Shown: in pieces, positions 63,293 through 64,000 of the stretch
How positions within the stretch are numbered: the first letter of the stretch is position 1
How the letters are laid out: the number at the start of each line of letters is the position of its first letter
Assembly (NCBI RefSeq): GCF_006345805.1
Contig: NC_043006.1
Coordinates: forward strand, 91,574,001 to 91,638,000
Length of the DNA stretch: 64,000 nucleotides
Reading direction: 5' to 3'
Source of the DNA: Octopus sinensis
Lineage: Eukaryota
The notes under the pieces: generated by a model
Databases searched by the model: none
What the model was told of the DNA's origin: nothing
The model's input: the letters and a program-made list of their open reading frames with translations, nothing else
Position numbers and translations under genes: made by a program

Positions 63293-64000
63293 GTTGATTG
63301 ATTGATTGATTAATTCTAGTTTCAGCTCATGAGCTGTGGCCATGCTGGGGCACCGCCATTTGGTGTTGCTACATGGTTTTACTTCACGAATGCTTTTTGG
63401 CAACTGCCATTTGGTGCATGAGAGAGTTCGATGCAGCTGCCCTCATCTGCACCTCCTGCCGTGAAGTTGGTTCATCTGGGATACCTGACAGGAAGAGATC
63501 CAGTTTCATTTTAAAGACATCTGCATCCACCCCATGCAGGTCTCTCAGATTCCTCGGGAGGATATTGAAGAGCTGTGGGCCTCGGAAGACCAGGCTATCA
63601 CAGTATCTTGTCCTACATCTTGATGGCAAATTTGGAGTCCTAGGCACCACGCAGTGGCGCCCAGTTCTGGCATTTGTGTAACTCTCGATGCCAAAGTTTG
63701 GGACAAGTCCCTCCAGGATCTTCCAGATGTATATTATGGCATATCTTTCTCGCCTACGCTCTTGAGTCTTTCCCAGTAGCTTATATTCTGCATAGAAGCT
63801 ATCTTCTTCGTGTAGCTACGTTGGATCGCCTCAAGTTCTGTGATCAGCTTGACACTGGATGGTGACCATAGCTGAGAGCAATAGTCAAAGTGGCTTAGGA
63901 CAAGTGTCCTCCAGAGGACCATCATGGTTTCTTGTTCTCTTGTTCTAAAGGTTCTGAAAATCCACCCGGCCAGTCGTCTACATTTCATTGCCAATTTAGC
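63293..64000 (-). mobile_element. CR1/L2-group LINE 3' end with (ATCA)n tail; continues beyond the window end
   Basis: AGWIFRTFRTRE..LVLSHFDYCSQLWSP..LEAIQRSYTKKI..YWERL / RRRERYAIIYIWKIL..FRGPQLFNILP..FKMKLDLFLS..RAAASNSL, then a 3' UTR stem-loop and (ATCA)n. Confidence 0.92.

Noticed and set aside
1-64000. CRISPR arrays, genuine tRNA genes, prokaryotic operons
   Set aside because: No repeat-spacer arrays. The tRNA-like sequences are SINE heads, and the composition is eukaryotic repeat DNA.

Overview
AT-rich, microsatellite-saturated eukaryotic DNA, most likely from a coleoid cephalopod (Octopus). That assignment is an inference from the SINE families and the (TA)n/(CA)n/(TAA)n density. I found no host protein-coding gene I can support. 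Most listed ORFs are microsatellite read-throughs or transposon remnants. The window is a transposon mosaic: three R4/Dong-clade LINE 3' fragments (CCHC knuckle plus REL endonuclease) abutting (TAA)n arrays, four fragments of one CR1/L2-group LINE family, RTE pieces, Penelope-like remnants, an internally deleted mariner, a maT-type transposase fragment, a non-autonomous Helitron, MITE-like fold-backs and many tRNA-derived SINEs. The most interesting signals are structured-RNA elements. They are a tandem pair of minimal type I hammerhead ribozymes at 991-1413, a different near-canonical hammerhead at 10160-10210, and a pseudoknot-like motif with a compensatory indel shared by two copies of an uncharacterised element (9.2 kb and 44.0 kb). 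Also notable are a ~730-bp fold-back with a 3-nt loop, a 60-nt 28S rRNA fragment, a stack of Dong-like LINEs in one TAA array, and a 3' tail shared by a SINE and a LINE. All structures were folded by eye, and no database searches were run.
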